Positions 28,487 through 35,134 of a DNA stretch of 64,000 bases are shown here, piece after piece; the first letter of the stretch is position 1, and every line of letters starts with the position of its first letter. The position numbers and the translations under genes are program-made. The notes under the pieces are model-generated. The model ran no database searches, was not told where the DNA came from, and saw only the letters and a program-made list of their open reading frames with translations. Source of the stretch: a virus (Duplodnaviria > Caudoviricetes); the IMG/VR virus record IMGVR_UViG_3300020576_005098, positions 23,264 through 87,263 of that record; one strand, written 5' to 3'.

Positions 28487-28562
28487 GCCCACTTAGCTCA
28501 ATTGGCAGAGCACCTGACCTGTAATCAGGCGGTTGTCCGTTCAACTCGGATAGTGGGCTCCA
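28487..28562 (+). tRNA. tRNA-Thr(TGT), C33
   Basis: GCCCACT/AGTGGGC, CCTGA-CCTGTAA-TCAGG, CCA. Confidence 0.88.
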
Positions 28563-28564
28563 TT

Positions 28565-28635
28565 AGGACGGTAGTGCAAAGGCAGCACCCTGGTTTCCAA
28601 CTCCAGAAATAAAGGTTCGAGTCCTTTCCGTCCTG
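28565..28635 (+). tRNA. tRNA-Trp(CCA)
   Basis: AGGACGG/CCGTCCT, loop TTCCAAC, G73. Confidence 0.8.
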
Positions 28636-28847
28636 CTGTCTCTCAACGAACACGACGAGGTAAAACTTGTTGGTGAGTGGAGGTTGCAAACTCCTAAAAG
28701 TTCGTGAAAACACACATTCCTCAAGGTTACTCTAGTGAGTTTAAGGCGCCAAAATCAGTCTGCGATGGCTGAACCTTGTGAGGATACTCTGGCCGAGTCG
28801 GTCAGGTTCGATCCCTGCCCTATCCTGACAAAAGAGTGTGTGCATTC

Positions 28848-28919
28848 GGTCCCATCGTCCAGTGGTTAGGACACTTGATTTTCAATCAAGGAATATGAGT
28901 TCAATTCTCATTGGGATCA
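28848..28919 (+). tRNA. tRNA-Glu(TTC)
   Basis: GGTCCCA/TGGGATC, CTTGA-TTTTCAA-TCAAG. Confidence 0.9.
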
Positions 28920-28933
28920 TGGTTAGTTGAAAC

Positions 28934-29322
28934 GGGCCAATAAAGGTTTCGACAGGGAACAAAGTTGGTTGCGGGTATGACCGTTGGTTGATAACAACGT
29001 AAACACTATCAAAAAAACACAAACGCGAACGACAATGCCGTTCCAGCCTTTGCCCTCGCTGCCTGAAAAACAGTGAGAAGCAGGTCATCTCACAAGGTAC
29101 CGACCCATCTGATGGTTGGGTGAGATGCGATAAAGTCAGAAAAACCTCACAGTTGCTTTCGTGTCGGCTGTGTTGTAGAAAATCACACGGATTTTGATTC
29201 TGACCGATGACACTTGCTCATGAGTGCCGATAGAATCAAAAAAACCCAAACACATGAGAAACGTCATAAACACCGTTACTGATAGAGTTTTCTGGACATG
29301 GGTTCGACTCCCATTTGGTCCA
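28934..29322 (+). ncRNA. ssrA: tmRNA
   Basis: GGGCCAA/TTGGTCC acceptor with G3.U70, GGTTTCGAC D-analog, T arm ATGGG-TTCGACT-CCCAT, tag ORF 29025-29066 ANDNAVPAFALAA*. Confidence 0.93.
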
Positions 29323-29325
29323 ACT

Positions 29326-29398
29326 GTCTGTTGAGGCTGTCGGATAAAACCGCTGGGCTACGAACCCGGAATGCGTGGTTCAACTCCACGAACAGACG
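29326..29398 (+). tRNA. tRNA-Arg(ACG)
   Basis: GTCTGTT/AACAGAC, CTGGG-CTACGAA-CCCGG. Confidence 0.85.
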
Positions 29399-29408
29399 TT
29401 AGTGTTTT

Positions 29409-29479
29409 GCCCTCATCGTTCAATGGTAGGACAGCAGATTGTCGATCTGCATACAGGAGTTCAATTCTCCTTGGGGGCG
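29409..29479 (+). tRNA. tRNA-Asp(GTC)
   Basis: GCCCTCA/TGGGGGC, GCAGA-TTGTCGA-TCTGC. Confidence 0.9.
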
Positions 29480-29484
29480 CTAAG

Positions 29485-29819
29485 TTTTCTGGTCAGTGAT
29501 AGTCGTAGGGTAATTCTCAAGTAATCGACTCCAAACCAAGCAATTGTTAATCTTGTAAGGGGTTTGTGAAAGAGAGTCTGGGTAGCCCCCCCGATGTTTA
29601 TTCGGGATGAGTCTGAATGGCGAAATCCTATCGAGAGAAGAGGGAAGGAGTGAGATGAAATTTCTCACCTTGAACAAAATCCGTTCTTCGGATCGGGTTG
29701 AGAAACATGCAAATGTTTCTTGCAAGCAGTGTAGAGGATATGGCTGAAAGCCATTAAAAAACCTGAGCACATCCCTCAAGTGCAGGTTCGAATCCTGCCG
29801 ACGCTCTCTGACCAGAAAA
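29485..29819 (+). ncRNA. candidate large structured ncRNA (unassigned, possibly GOLLD-related)
   Basis: 12-bp perfect terminal pairing, several internal hairpins, T-arm-like hairpin near 3' end. Confidence 0.6.
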
Positions 29820-29823
29820 CTTC

Positions 29824-29852
29824 TTGACTTGGTTGTCTCGGTGTGGTAGGTT
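29824..29852 (+). promoter_or_regulatory. sigma70-type promoter within tRNA array
   Basis: TTGACT-N17-TAGGTT; similar TTGACN-N17 boxes precede several other tRNA groups. Confidence 0.6.
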
Positions 29853-29870
29853 AGATCTTGTAAGAGTGAC

Positions 29871-29944
29871 TCGGGATTAGCTCAATGGTAGAGCGATCGG
29901 CTTTGACCCGGTTGACGTAGGTTCGATTCCTTCATCCCGAACCA
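29871..29944 (+). tRNA. tRNA-Gln(TTG)
   Basis: TCGGGAT/ATCCCGA, loop CTTTGAC, CCA. Confidence 0.88.
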
Positions 29945-29945
29945 T

Positions 29946-30018
29946 GAATCCATAGCTCAATTGGCAGAGCATGACTCTCTTAAAGTCGAGGTTTCGAGTT
30001 CGACTCTCGATGGATTCA
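29946..30018 (+). tRNA. tRNA-Lys(CTT)
   Basis: GAATCCA/TGGATTC, TGACT-CTCTTAA-AGTCG. Confidence 0.9.
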
Positions 30019-30040
30019 CTTGACAGTTGTTTGTATGAAT

Positions 30041-30114
30041 GGAACCATAGCTCAGTTGGTAGAGCGGCCTGCTGTTTGGCGGGTGCGTCGATGCTTCGAA
30101 AACATCCAACTCCA
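30041..30114 (+). pseudogene. degenerate tRNA (Asn(GTT)-like)
   Basis: Perfect D arm TAGCTCAGTTGGTAGAGC but mismatched acceptor, anticodon and T stems. Confidence 0.55.
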
Positions 30115-30126
30115 TCTTGTTTGTTT

Positions 30127-30198
30127 GCAGCAATAACTCAATGGTAGAGTTCCTGGTTTCCACCCAGGATGTTGTGGGTTCGAGTCCCATTTGCTGCT
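30127..30198 (+). tRNA. tRNA-Gly(TCC)
   Basis: GCAGCAA/TTGCTGC, CCTGG-TTTCCAC-CCAGG. Confidence 0.9.
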
Positions 30199-30204
30199 CT
30201 GTGA

Positions 30205-30278
30205 TAAACCATAGCTCAATCGGTAGAGTTCCACAGCGAAAGCTGAGGAGGATGCGGGTTCAAATCCCGCTGGTTTGT
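30205..30278 (+). ncRNA. tRNA-like RNA, anticodon arm capped by GAAA tetraloop
   Basis: Intact acceptor, D and T arms; arm TCC-A-CAGC-GAAA-GCTG-A-GGA. Confidence 0.65.
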
Positions 30279-30293
30279 CATTTGTTTGTTTCC

Positions 30294-30365
30294 GGGGTCA
30301 TAACTCAGCGTTGGCAGAGTGCGGCTTAAAAGCCGTGGTTGCGGGTTCGAATCCCGTTGGCTCCA
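30294..30365 (+). ncRNA. tRNA-Ala-like RNA lacking a 7-nt anticodon loop
   Basis: GGGGTCA/TGGCTCC with G3.U70 and A73; arm CGGCT-TAAA-AGCCG. Confidence 0.7.
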
Positions 30366-30392
30366 TTGTTTGGTTTGTTTGTGTGAAGAAAA

Positions 30393-30463
30393 GGGCTCAT
30401 AGTTAAACGGGATAACTTCTGCTTTGCAAGCAGAAATTGACAGTTCGATTCTGTCTGGGTCCA
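30393..30463 (+). tRNA. tRNA-Ala(TGC)
   Basis: G3.U70, TCTGC-TTTGCAA-GCAGA. Confidence 0.9.
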
Positions 30464-30466
30464 CTC

Positions 30467-30542
30467 CGCAGGTAGTTTAACTCAAAACATTCGGCAGCAT
30501 AAGCCGGAAGAAGTGGGTGCTTGAATTCCCACCCTGCAACCA
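30467..30542 (+). tRNA. atypical tRNA-Met(CAT)-like gene
   Basis: CGCAGG...CCTGCA-A-CCA initiator-like end, loop AGCATAA, aberrant T loop. Confidence 0.5.
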
Positions 30543-30575
30543 AATTTAGTAATGGGTTAGTTATCATTCAGCAAC

Positions 30576-31211
30576 ATGGTCAACAGTCTTTTCGAGTTCT
30601 TGTTTTTTGAGGCAGCCGTTCCATTTTCCGAGATTGGAAAAAGTGAAATGGCGTTGAAGGTTTTGAAACAAGGGCCGGAGCAGCTTGTTTTTATTTTGTA
30701 TCGACCTTCGGTCCTCACGAGATATTTCCAGGATTGGGAATCAACAGATGGCCTGACTGCTGGAATGATGAACATTGTTGTTTCAGATGAAAACCCAAAG
30801 ATTTTTGAGGTGAAAAACGCAGCGGCAGAAAAGGGTTTTGGTCCTGCGATGTATGACATTGTGATGAGTTACATTTCACCCAAGTTTCTCATGTCTGACA
30901 GGAAAGATGTGTCCGATTCTGCACAAAAAGTTTGGAGGTTCATGTTTGATCACAGATTGGCAGAGTACGACACTCTTTCACTTCCAACTGTTTGGAATGG
31001 TACTCGACTGAAAACCGACAATGAAGATTTGGAGTTTTTGAACTTGGCTTATCGTTTGAAAAAGAAGTTGGCTATCCATACAACGCTGGTGATGAGAGAC
31101 CGTCAGTTTTTTGGGAATGAGTTTGATAGGAATAAACGAGAAGAGATGTTGACCGTTCTGGAAGAAGATGCTTGGAATTATTTTCGGGATCGGATGAATG
31201 TTGTTGAGTAG
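30576..31211 (+). CDS. GNAT-like protein (homolog of 37.7-42.6 kb family)
   Basis: KGFGPAMY...LMSDR..VSDSAQKVW; N-term LFEFLFFE. Confidence 0.7.
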   Translation: MVNSLFEFLFFEAAVPFSEIGKSEMALKVLKQGPEQLVFILYRPSVLTRYFQDWESTDGLTAGMMNIVVSDENPKIFEVKNAAAEKGFGPAMYDIVMSYISPKFLMSDRKDVSDSAQKVWRFMFDHRLAEYDTLSLPTVWNGTRLKTDNEDLEFLNLAYRLKKKLAIHTTLVMRDRQFFGNEFDRNKREEMLTVLEEDAWNYFRDRMNVVE

Positions 31212-31216
31212 TTGAT

Positions 31217-31287
31217 GCGGGTATGGTATATTGGTTGTGCTCCACGTTGCCAGCGTGGTAAGATCAGTTCGATTCTGGTTATCCGCA
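31217..31287 (+). tRNA. tRNA-Gly(GCC)
   Basis: GCGGGTA/TATCCGC, CCACG-TTGCCAG-CGTGG. Confidence 0.88.
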
Positions 31288-31309
31288 CTTGTTGGAATGT
31301 CTGGTGTTT

Positions 31310-31394
31310 GGAAGCGTGTTCCGAATGGTAAGGAAACAGCTTGGAAAGCTGTCGTGGGGCAACCCACATGCAAGTTCGACTCTTGCCGCTTCCG
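31310..31394 (+). tRNA. tRNA-Ser(GGA)
   Basis: GGAAGCG/CGCTTCC, ACAGC-TTGGAAA-GCTGT, V arm. Confidence 0.92.
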
Positions 31395-31424
31395 CTATCT
31401 TTCTTAGAATAATATCACAATGTT

Positions 31425-31712
31425 GGGCCGATAGGTAAACGGTTATACCGGGCGACTTAGACAAAATATGAGCCTTGTTTGGGAAAAGAAACCAAACAAG
31501 TGGACGCGATAATATCGGTGAAACTCCTTTGCTAGATTGGAAGGACAATACCGAGGGAATCAGACAAAAAGTCTGAGCCCGTAGAGAGCAGATGATCGCG
31601 CACCTGAAATGGTGAAGATGTGCTCCAGACCACAAACACCCCCGTGTGCCAGAGTAATTTGGTGTGGTAAGATAATCGCTTATTCCCAGTTCAACTCTGG
31701 GTCGGCCTACCA
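31425..31712 (+). tRNA. tRNA-Ile(TAT) interrupted by group I intron (exons 31425-31458, 31672-31712)
   Basis: GGGCCGA/TCGGCCT-A-CCA; anticodon stem GGCGA/TCGCT; spliced loop CTT|ATAA. Confidence 0.85.
31459..31671 (+). mobile_element. group I intron (IC3-like, 213 nt, no ORF)
   Basis: IGS TGAGCC, P3 CGCGAT/ATCGCG, P4 TCGGT/ACCGA, P7 GAGCA/TGCTC, R GTAGAGAGCA, S AAGATGTGCTCC, terminal G. Confidence 0.88.
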
Positions 31713-31749
31713 ACAAACAAATTCTATCAACCCCAACAAAGGAACTGTT

Positions 31750-32046
31750 ATGTCTTGGAAGTGTTTTGAGTGTGGTGCCGAAGTGACATCATGTATCATT
31801 GATGGATACCAAATCGGAGATAGATTGCTGGAAAATGTGCCCATTTTGGTGACAGAACGTAGCGAAGGAAACCTGGATTTTCGATTTGATCCAGAATTTG
31901 ACGGTTACACCATCAAGCTCAACAATGAATATTGGATGCAAAAGGCGAAAAAAGAATTTCGCAGTATTGATCTTGTAGCAATTCATTGTCCAACACCAGG
32001 ATGCGACGGTGACGAAGCAGAGAACACTTACATGCCTGACGAGTAG
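31750..32046 (+). CDS. small Cys-containing hypothetical protein
   Basis: Start moved to ATG 31750 (MSWKCFECG); upstream part of track ORF is intron/tRNA. Confidence 0.6.
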   Translation: MSWKCFECGAEVTSCIIDGYQIGDRLLENVPILVTERSEGNLDFRFDPEFDGYTIKLNNEYWMQKAKKEFRSIDLVAIHCPTPGCDGDEAENTYMPDE

Positions 32047-32067
32047 GAACAATCATACCTAAGACGC

Positions 32068-32994
32068 ATGAAATCCATCTCTTTGGAACGTTTGTTGTTT
32101 GAGCGTGTTGATCTTGAAAAAATCAATGCGATCCGACAAATGTTCCAAGAAATCAAAACAAACGTCCTCACCATCCCAGCAACCCCAGCGGCTTTCAAAA
32201 GAAATGGCTGGGAAGCAGAGGAAGGATTGTTGAAAACCCTTGTTGTTTCGGAAGTTTATGCGGAATCTGTTTTTGATAATCTCTTCATAAGCTTCGAACC
32301 TAAGATGTCTCAGTTGGCATGGGCAAACACAAATGAAGATGGAGACCTTCTCCTCGCATTTCGTATTTCACCAACTCCATCAAACATCAAAACAAAAAGC
32401 CAATTCAACTCCTGGTTTGTGAATGAAATAAAGACGTGGTTCCAGCAACCAAGTTCTGAATCTCTTTTCGTTCATGAATTTATTCATCTTCTGGACATTG
32501 CCAGAATTGGTGATGTGTTTTTCGACATTGTTGAGAAAACAACAGCCTTGGATAAACCTCTTGCCGACCTTAAAAAGGAAGCTGAGAAGTTGAAAGCGGT
32601 GTTGGACGGAACCATAAAGGGAACACCAGAGAGAAAGCAAGCCCTTGCAAACTTCAGAAGGGTGGCTGCAAAATGGAAGGAAACAAAGGAAAGGCGTTGG
32701 AAGGATTATCAAGGCTCGCCTGTTGAGACCAACGCCTTCTTTAACCAAACCATTGCTGCTGTCAAAGAAAAAGCTTCTAGGGCCCTTAGAGAGCGTGGTA
32801 AATTGGCTGCCTTGGGTGTGTTGGGAAACAGCCCGCAAGAATTCGTTTCAGTGTTCGAAAAAGAACTCGCAAAAAATATTCGACTTGATTTACTGGATTC
32901 GAAAACTCTGAAAAATTTTCAAAAGAGGGCATCGGTTTTGTATGATCAGTTGGTAGATGAGATTGAGACGGGGAAAGAGCGCAGCCTTGTATAA
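32068..32994 (+). CDS. HExxH (zincin-like) domain protein
   Basis: LFVHEFIHLLD...ETNAF; N-term LERLLFE; ATACCTA upstream. Confidence 0.7.
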   Translation: MKSISLERLLFERVDLEKINAIRQMFQEIKTNVLTIPATPAAFKRNGWEAEEGLLKTLVVSEVYAESVFDNLFISFEPKMSQLAWANTNEDGDLLLAFRISPTPSNIKTKSQFNSWFVNEIKTWFQQPSSESLFVHEFIHLLDIARIGDVFFDIVEKTTALDKPLADLKKEAEKLKAVLDGTIKGTPERKQALANFRRVAAKWKETKERRWKDYQGSPVETNAFFNQTIAAVKEKASRALRERGKLAALGVLGNSPQEFVSVFEKELAKNIRLDLLDSKTLKNFQKRASVLYDQLVDEIETGKERSLV

Positions 32995-33052
32995 AGTTCT
33001 TGACCTGAAAAATGAGTGGTGGTAAGGTTGGTTCATCGGTGAGAGAGAAAGA

Positions 33053-33126
33053 GTCTCCATAGCTCAACTGGATAGAGCAGACGATTCCTATTCGTCAGGT
33101 TGTAGGTTCGATTCCTACTGGGGATG
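33053..33126 (+). tRNA. tRNA-Arg(CCT)
   Basis: GTCTCCA/TGGGGAT, GACGA-TTCCTAT-TCGTC. Confidence 0.9.
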
Positions 33127-33130
33127 CTAA

Positions 33131-33205
33131 GGGTTGCAAGCTTAGATGGCGAAGCAGGGGACTTTTAATCCTCAGAACAGGGTTCGATTCCCTGGCGACC
33201 CACCA
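33131..33205 (+). tRNA. tRNA-Lys(TTT)
   Basis: GGGTTGC/GCGACCC, GGGGA-CTTTTAA-TCCTC, CCA. Confidence 0.9.
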
Positions 33206-33284
33206 GTAACACACATATCCTGTGTTGCTTTGTTAGAAGAAAGTTAAGTCGTGGGAACGGGCGTGTTCCTCGTTCCCACACCAC

Positions 33285-33358
33285 GAATTCGTAGCTCAAC
33301 CCGGCAGAGCAGCAGGCCGTTAACCTGCGTGTTGTAGGTTCAATTCCTACCGAATTCG
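33285..33358 (+). tRNA. tRNA-Asn(GTT), C33
   Basis: GAATTCG/CGAATTC, GCAGG-CCGTTAA-CCTGC. Confidence 0.88.
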
Positions 33359-33391
33359 CTACTCAAATAATCCAAATCAGAGAAAACCAAA

Positions 33392-33733
33392 ATGAGCAGG
33401 CGAAATCAAAAAGAGGAAAAGGATCCGGAGTGGAAGAAACTTTTGAAGGGAATGCCTGGATTTGCCAGATCCGATTATTCTGATTTGGAAATTGAATTGA
33501 TGAAGACCGAGATTTCTCCTCAGTTGTATGAATACAGAATCAAGTTCAGTCAGATGTACGAATACGTCAACCTGTCGTTTGAAACACTTCTGGCTTTGTC
33601 GGAAATCTTTCAAACCAAGAAGATTGACATTGGGGAAAGAGAGAATTGGGGCGGCTGTGAAACGTGTGACTACGGCTCCAAATACCAAGTGTCTGTGAGG
33701 GTTGGCAACTCCCCAGTTTGTTTTGAGGATTGA
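33392..33733 (+). CDS. hypothetical protein
   Basis: 113 aa with GCETCDYGS. Confidence 0.65.
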   Translation: MSRRNQKEEKDPEWKKLLKGMPGFARSDYSDLEIELMKTEISPQLYEYRIKFSQMYEYVNLSFETLLALSEIFQTKKIDIGERENWGGCETCDYGSKYQVSVRVGNSPVCFED

Positions 33734-33745
33734 TCGGTTTTGGTT

Positions 33746-33820
33746 ATCACACAAGCTCTGATGGTGGAGTAGCTTACCCTTATCGTAAGCACGGACAAGG
33801 TTCGAATCCTTGGTGTGATA
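33746..33820 (+). ncRNA. tRNA-like RNA with 6-bp anticodon stem and CCTTATC loop
   Basis: ATCACAC/GTGTGAT, CAAGG-TTCGAAT-CCTTG, GCTTAC/GTAAGC. Confidence 0.65.
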
Positions 33821-33831
33821 TGTTTGTTTGT

Positions 33832-33904
33832 GTTGACCGTAGCTCAATGGTTAGAGCGGCTGGTTGTGACCCAGCAGGCGGGAGTTCAATTCTCCTCGGA
33901 CAAC
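33832..33904 (+). tRNA. tRNA-His(GTG)
   Basis: G-1:C73, GCTGG-TTGTGAC-CCAGC. Confidence 0.88.
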
Positions 33905-33910
33905 CTTGTT

Positions 33911-33981
33911 GGGACCATAGTTCAATGGTAGAACACCAGCTTTACACGCTGGCTACGATGGTTCAATTCCGTCTGGTCCTA
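33911..33981 (+). tRNA. tRNA-Val(TAC)
   Basis: GGGACCA/TGGTCCT, CCAGC-TTTACAC-GCTGG. Confidence 0.9.
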
Positions 33982-33984
33982 TTC

Positions 33985-34058
33985 GCCAGCATAACTCAGT
34001 TGGTTAGAGTGGGAGAATCATAATCTCCAAGTCGTTGGTTCGATTCCATCTGCTGGCA
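33985..34058 (+). tRNA. tRNA-Met or Ile2 (CAT)
   Basis: GCCAGCA/TGCTGGC, GGAGA-ATCATAA-TCTCC. Confidence 0.85.
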
Positions 34059-34111
34059 TTTTTCATTTCATTCAACACAAGTTTCATTTCAAAGAAAGGT
34101 TCACAGATAAG

Positions 34112-34327
34112 ATGATGGAAGTTACACACACGGGATCTTCAGTTGTTTCTCGGGTGAGCTACAACCGCAAACAAATGTTGCTGGAAGTTACTCTGAAAGG
34201 TGGAGAAGTTTACACCTACAAAAACGTTCCTCTGCATGTGTTCAACGAGTTTTCCGTTGCTCCTTCCCTTGGTTCATTCTTTTCTAAGAACATTCGAACC
34301 AACTACGAAGTTGTGGAGAAGACATGA
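34112..34327 (+). CDS. KTSC domain protein
   Basis: SSVVSRVSYN..MLLEVTLKGGEVYTYKNVP..VFNEFSVAPSLGSFFSKNIR. Confidence 0.85.
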   Translation: MMEVTHTGSSVVSRVSYNRKQMLLEVTLKGGEVYTYKNVPLHVFNEFSVAPSLGSFFSKNIRTNYEVVEKT

Positions 34328-34512
34328 TTCAGAGAAAACCTTGGATCTTGATTGACACTGATCGAGTTACCTTGTGTCGAGAGCCAGAAAGCCCAACATG
34401 GTGGATTGCTTATGATGATTGGGTACATGAAGCTGATAGTCTTCTCCAACTAACTTGGTCGGTTTTGACTGAATTCAAATCCGAAAAGCATTCCGCGAGG
34501 AAGTTTCGATGA
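34324..34512 (+). CDS. hypothetical protein
   Basis: 62 aa coupled ORF. Confidence 0.5.
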   Translation: MIQRKPWILIDTDRVTLCREPESPTWWIAYDDWVHEADSLLQLTWSVLTEFKSEKHSARKFR

Positions 34513-34582
34513 TTCTCTCAACAGTAGACTGTAACGAGAAGCTCATTCCACAGCCTTGACATTTTCCTACCTATTCACTGCG

Positions 34583-35134
34583 ATGTCCTCCTCAAGCAGT
34601 GAATCCATCCTCAAAACAATAATCCTTGAAATCTTGGTAGAAGCCAAGAAAGAATACGAACAAAATCCAATGAGGTTGTTTGGTCTGTTGTTTCCAAAAA
34701 CCAGACCAACTCAATCTAAGCATGGGATGGATGTTCGAGGATTAACCTTTTATCACGCATCTCCAAAGAGGTTTAGGCACGGGGATGTTCTTCGTGGGAA
34801 TATGTCTGGTGGCTATGGATCAGAGCATGAAAATGTTTGCATGACAACAACACCCAAACCCCACGGAACCATTCAATCAGCTATTCAAGACGATTGGTTT
34901 GTTTATGAAGTAGAACCTGTTGGTCCTGTTTGGTTTGTTGAAACCAACGACGAATATCAAGCTAAGCAAGCTGTTGTGAAATCCTTGGTTGGTAAAGCGG
35001 GCGCGATGAACAGAAACTACCCCAGCCCATCTTTCAAAAATGCCAAATCTCCTACCGTTGAAAAACAACGTCAAAAGAAACGACAAGAACGCTTGGAAAA
35101 ACGTTTGAATCGAGGAGAAAGCAATGAGTCCTGA
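34583..35134 (+). CDS. ADP-ribosyltransferase-like protein (Arr-like)
   Basis: FYHASPKRFRHGDVL...VCMT...VYEVEPVGPV...EYQ resembles Arr/ART core; start ATG 34583. Confidence 0.6.
   Translation: MSSSSSESILKTIILEILVEAKKEYEQNPMRLFGLLFPKTRPTQSKHGMDVRGLTFYHASPKRFRHGDVLRGNMSGGYGSEHENVCMTTTPKPHGTIQSAIQDDWFVYEVEPVGPVWFVETNDEYQAKQAVVKSLVGKAGAMNRNYPSPSFKNAKSPTVEKQRQKKRQERLEKRLNRGESNES

Noticed and set aside
29485-29819. RNase P RNA, or a second intron-containing tRNA
   Set aside because: No GAGGAAAGUCC or 3' ACAGAA..CGGCUUA P4 elements; no group I P7 R/S pair or matching 5' tRNA half.
31273-31288. tRNA-Gly(GCC) 3' end resembles the dispersed 26-bp repeat (TTCTGGTTATCC)
   Set aside because: Only a 12-nt match constrained by tRNA structure; probably coincidental.
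31425-31465. tRNA-Leu(TAG) reading of the intron-containing gene
   Set aside because: TAG arises only from joining U34 with the first intron bases; terminal G and P10 pairing give UAU, and the arm is Ile-type.
26822-31716. Track ORFs overlapping the tRNA island (e.g. 28096, 28882, 29480, 29957, 30216, 31279)
   Set aside because: They run through tRNA, tmRNA or structured RNA genes and have no coding features.
33746-33820. Genome-wide stop-codon reassignment (TAA) suggested by the UUA loop
   Set aside because: TAA, TAG and TGA all end well-defined genes (e.g. 4313, 792, 7865), and long genes read cleanly in code 11.
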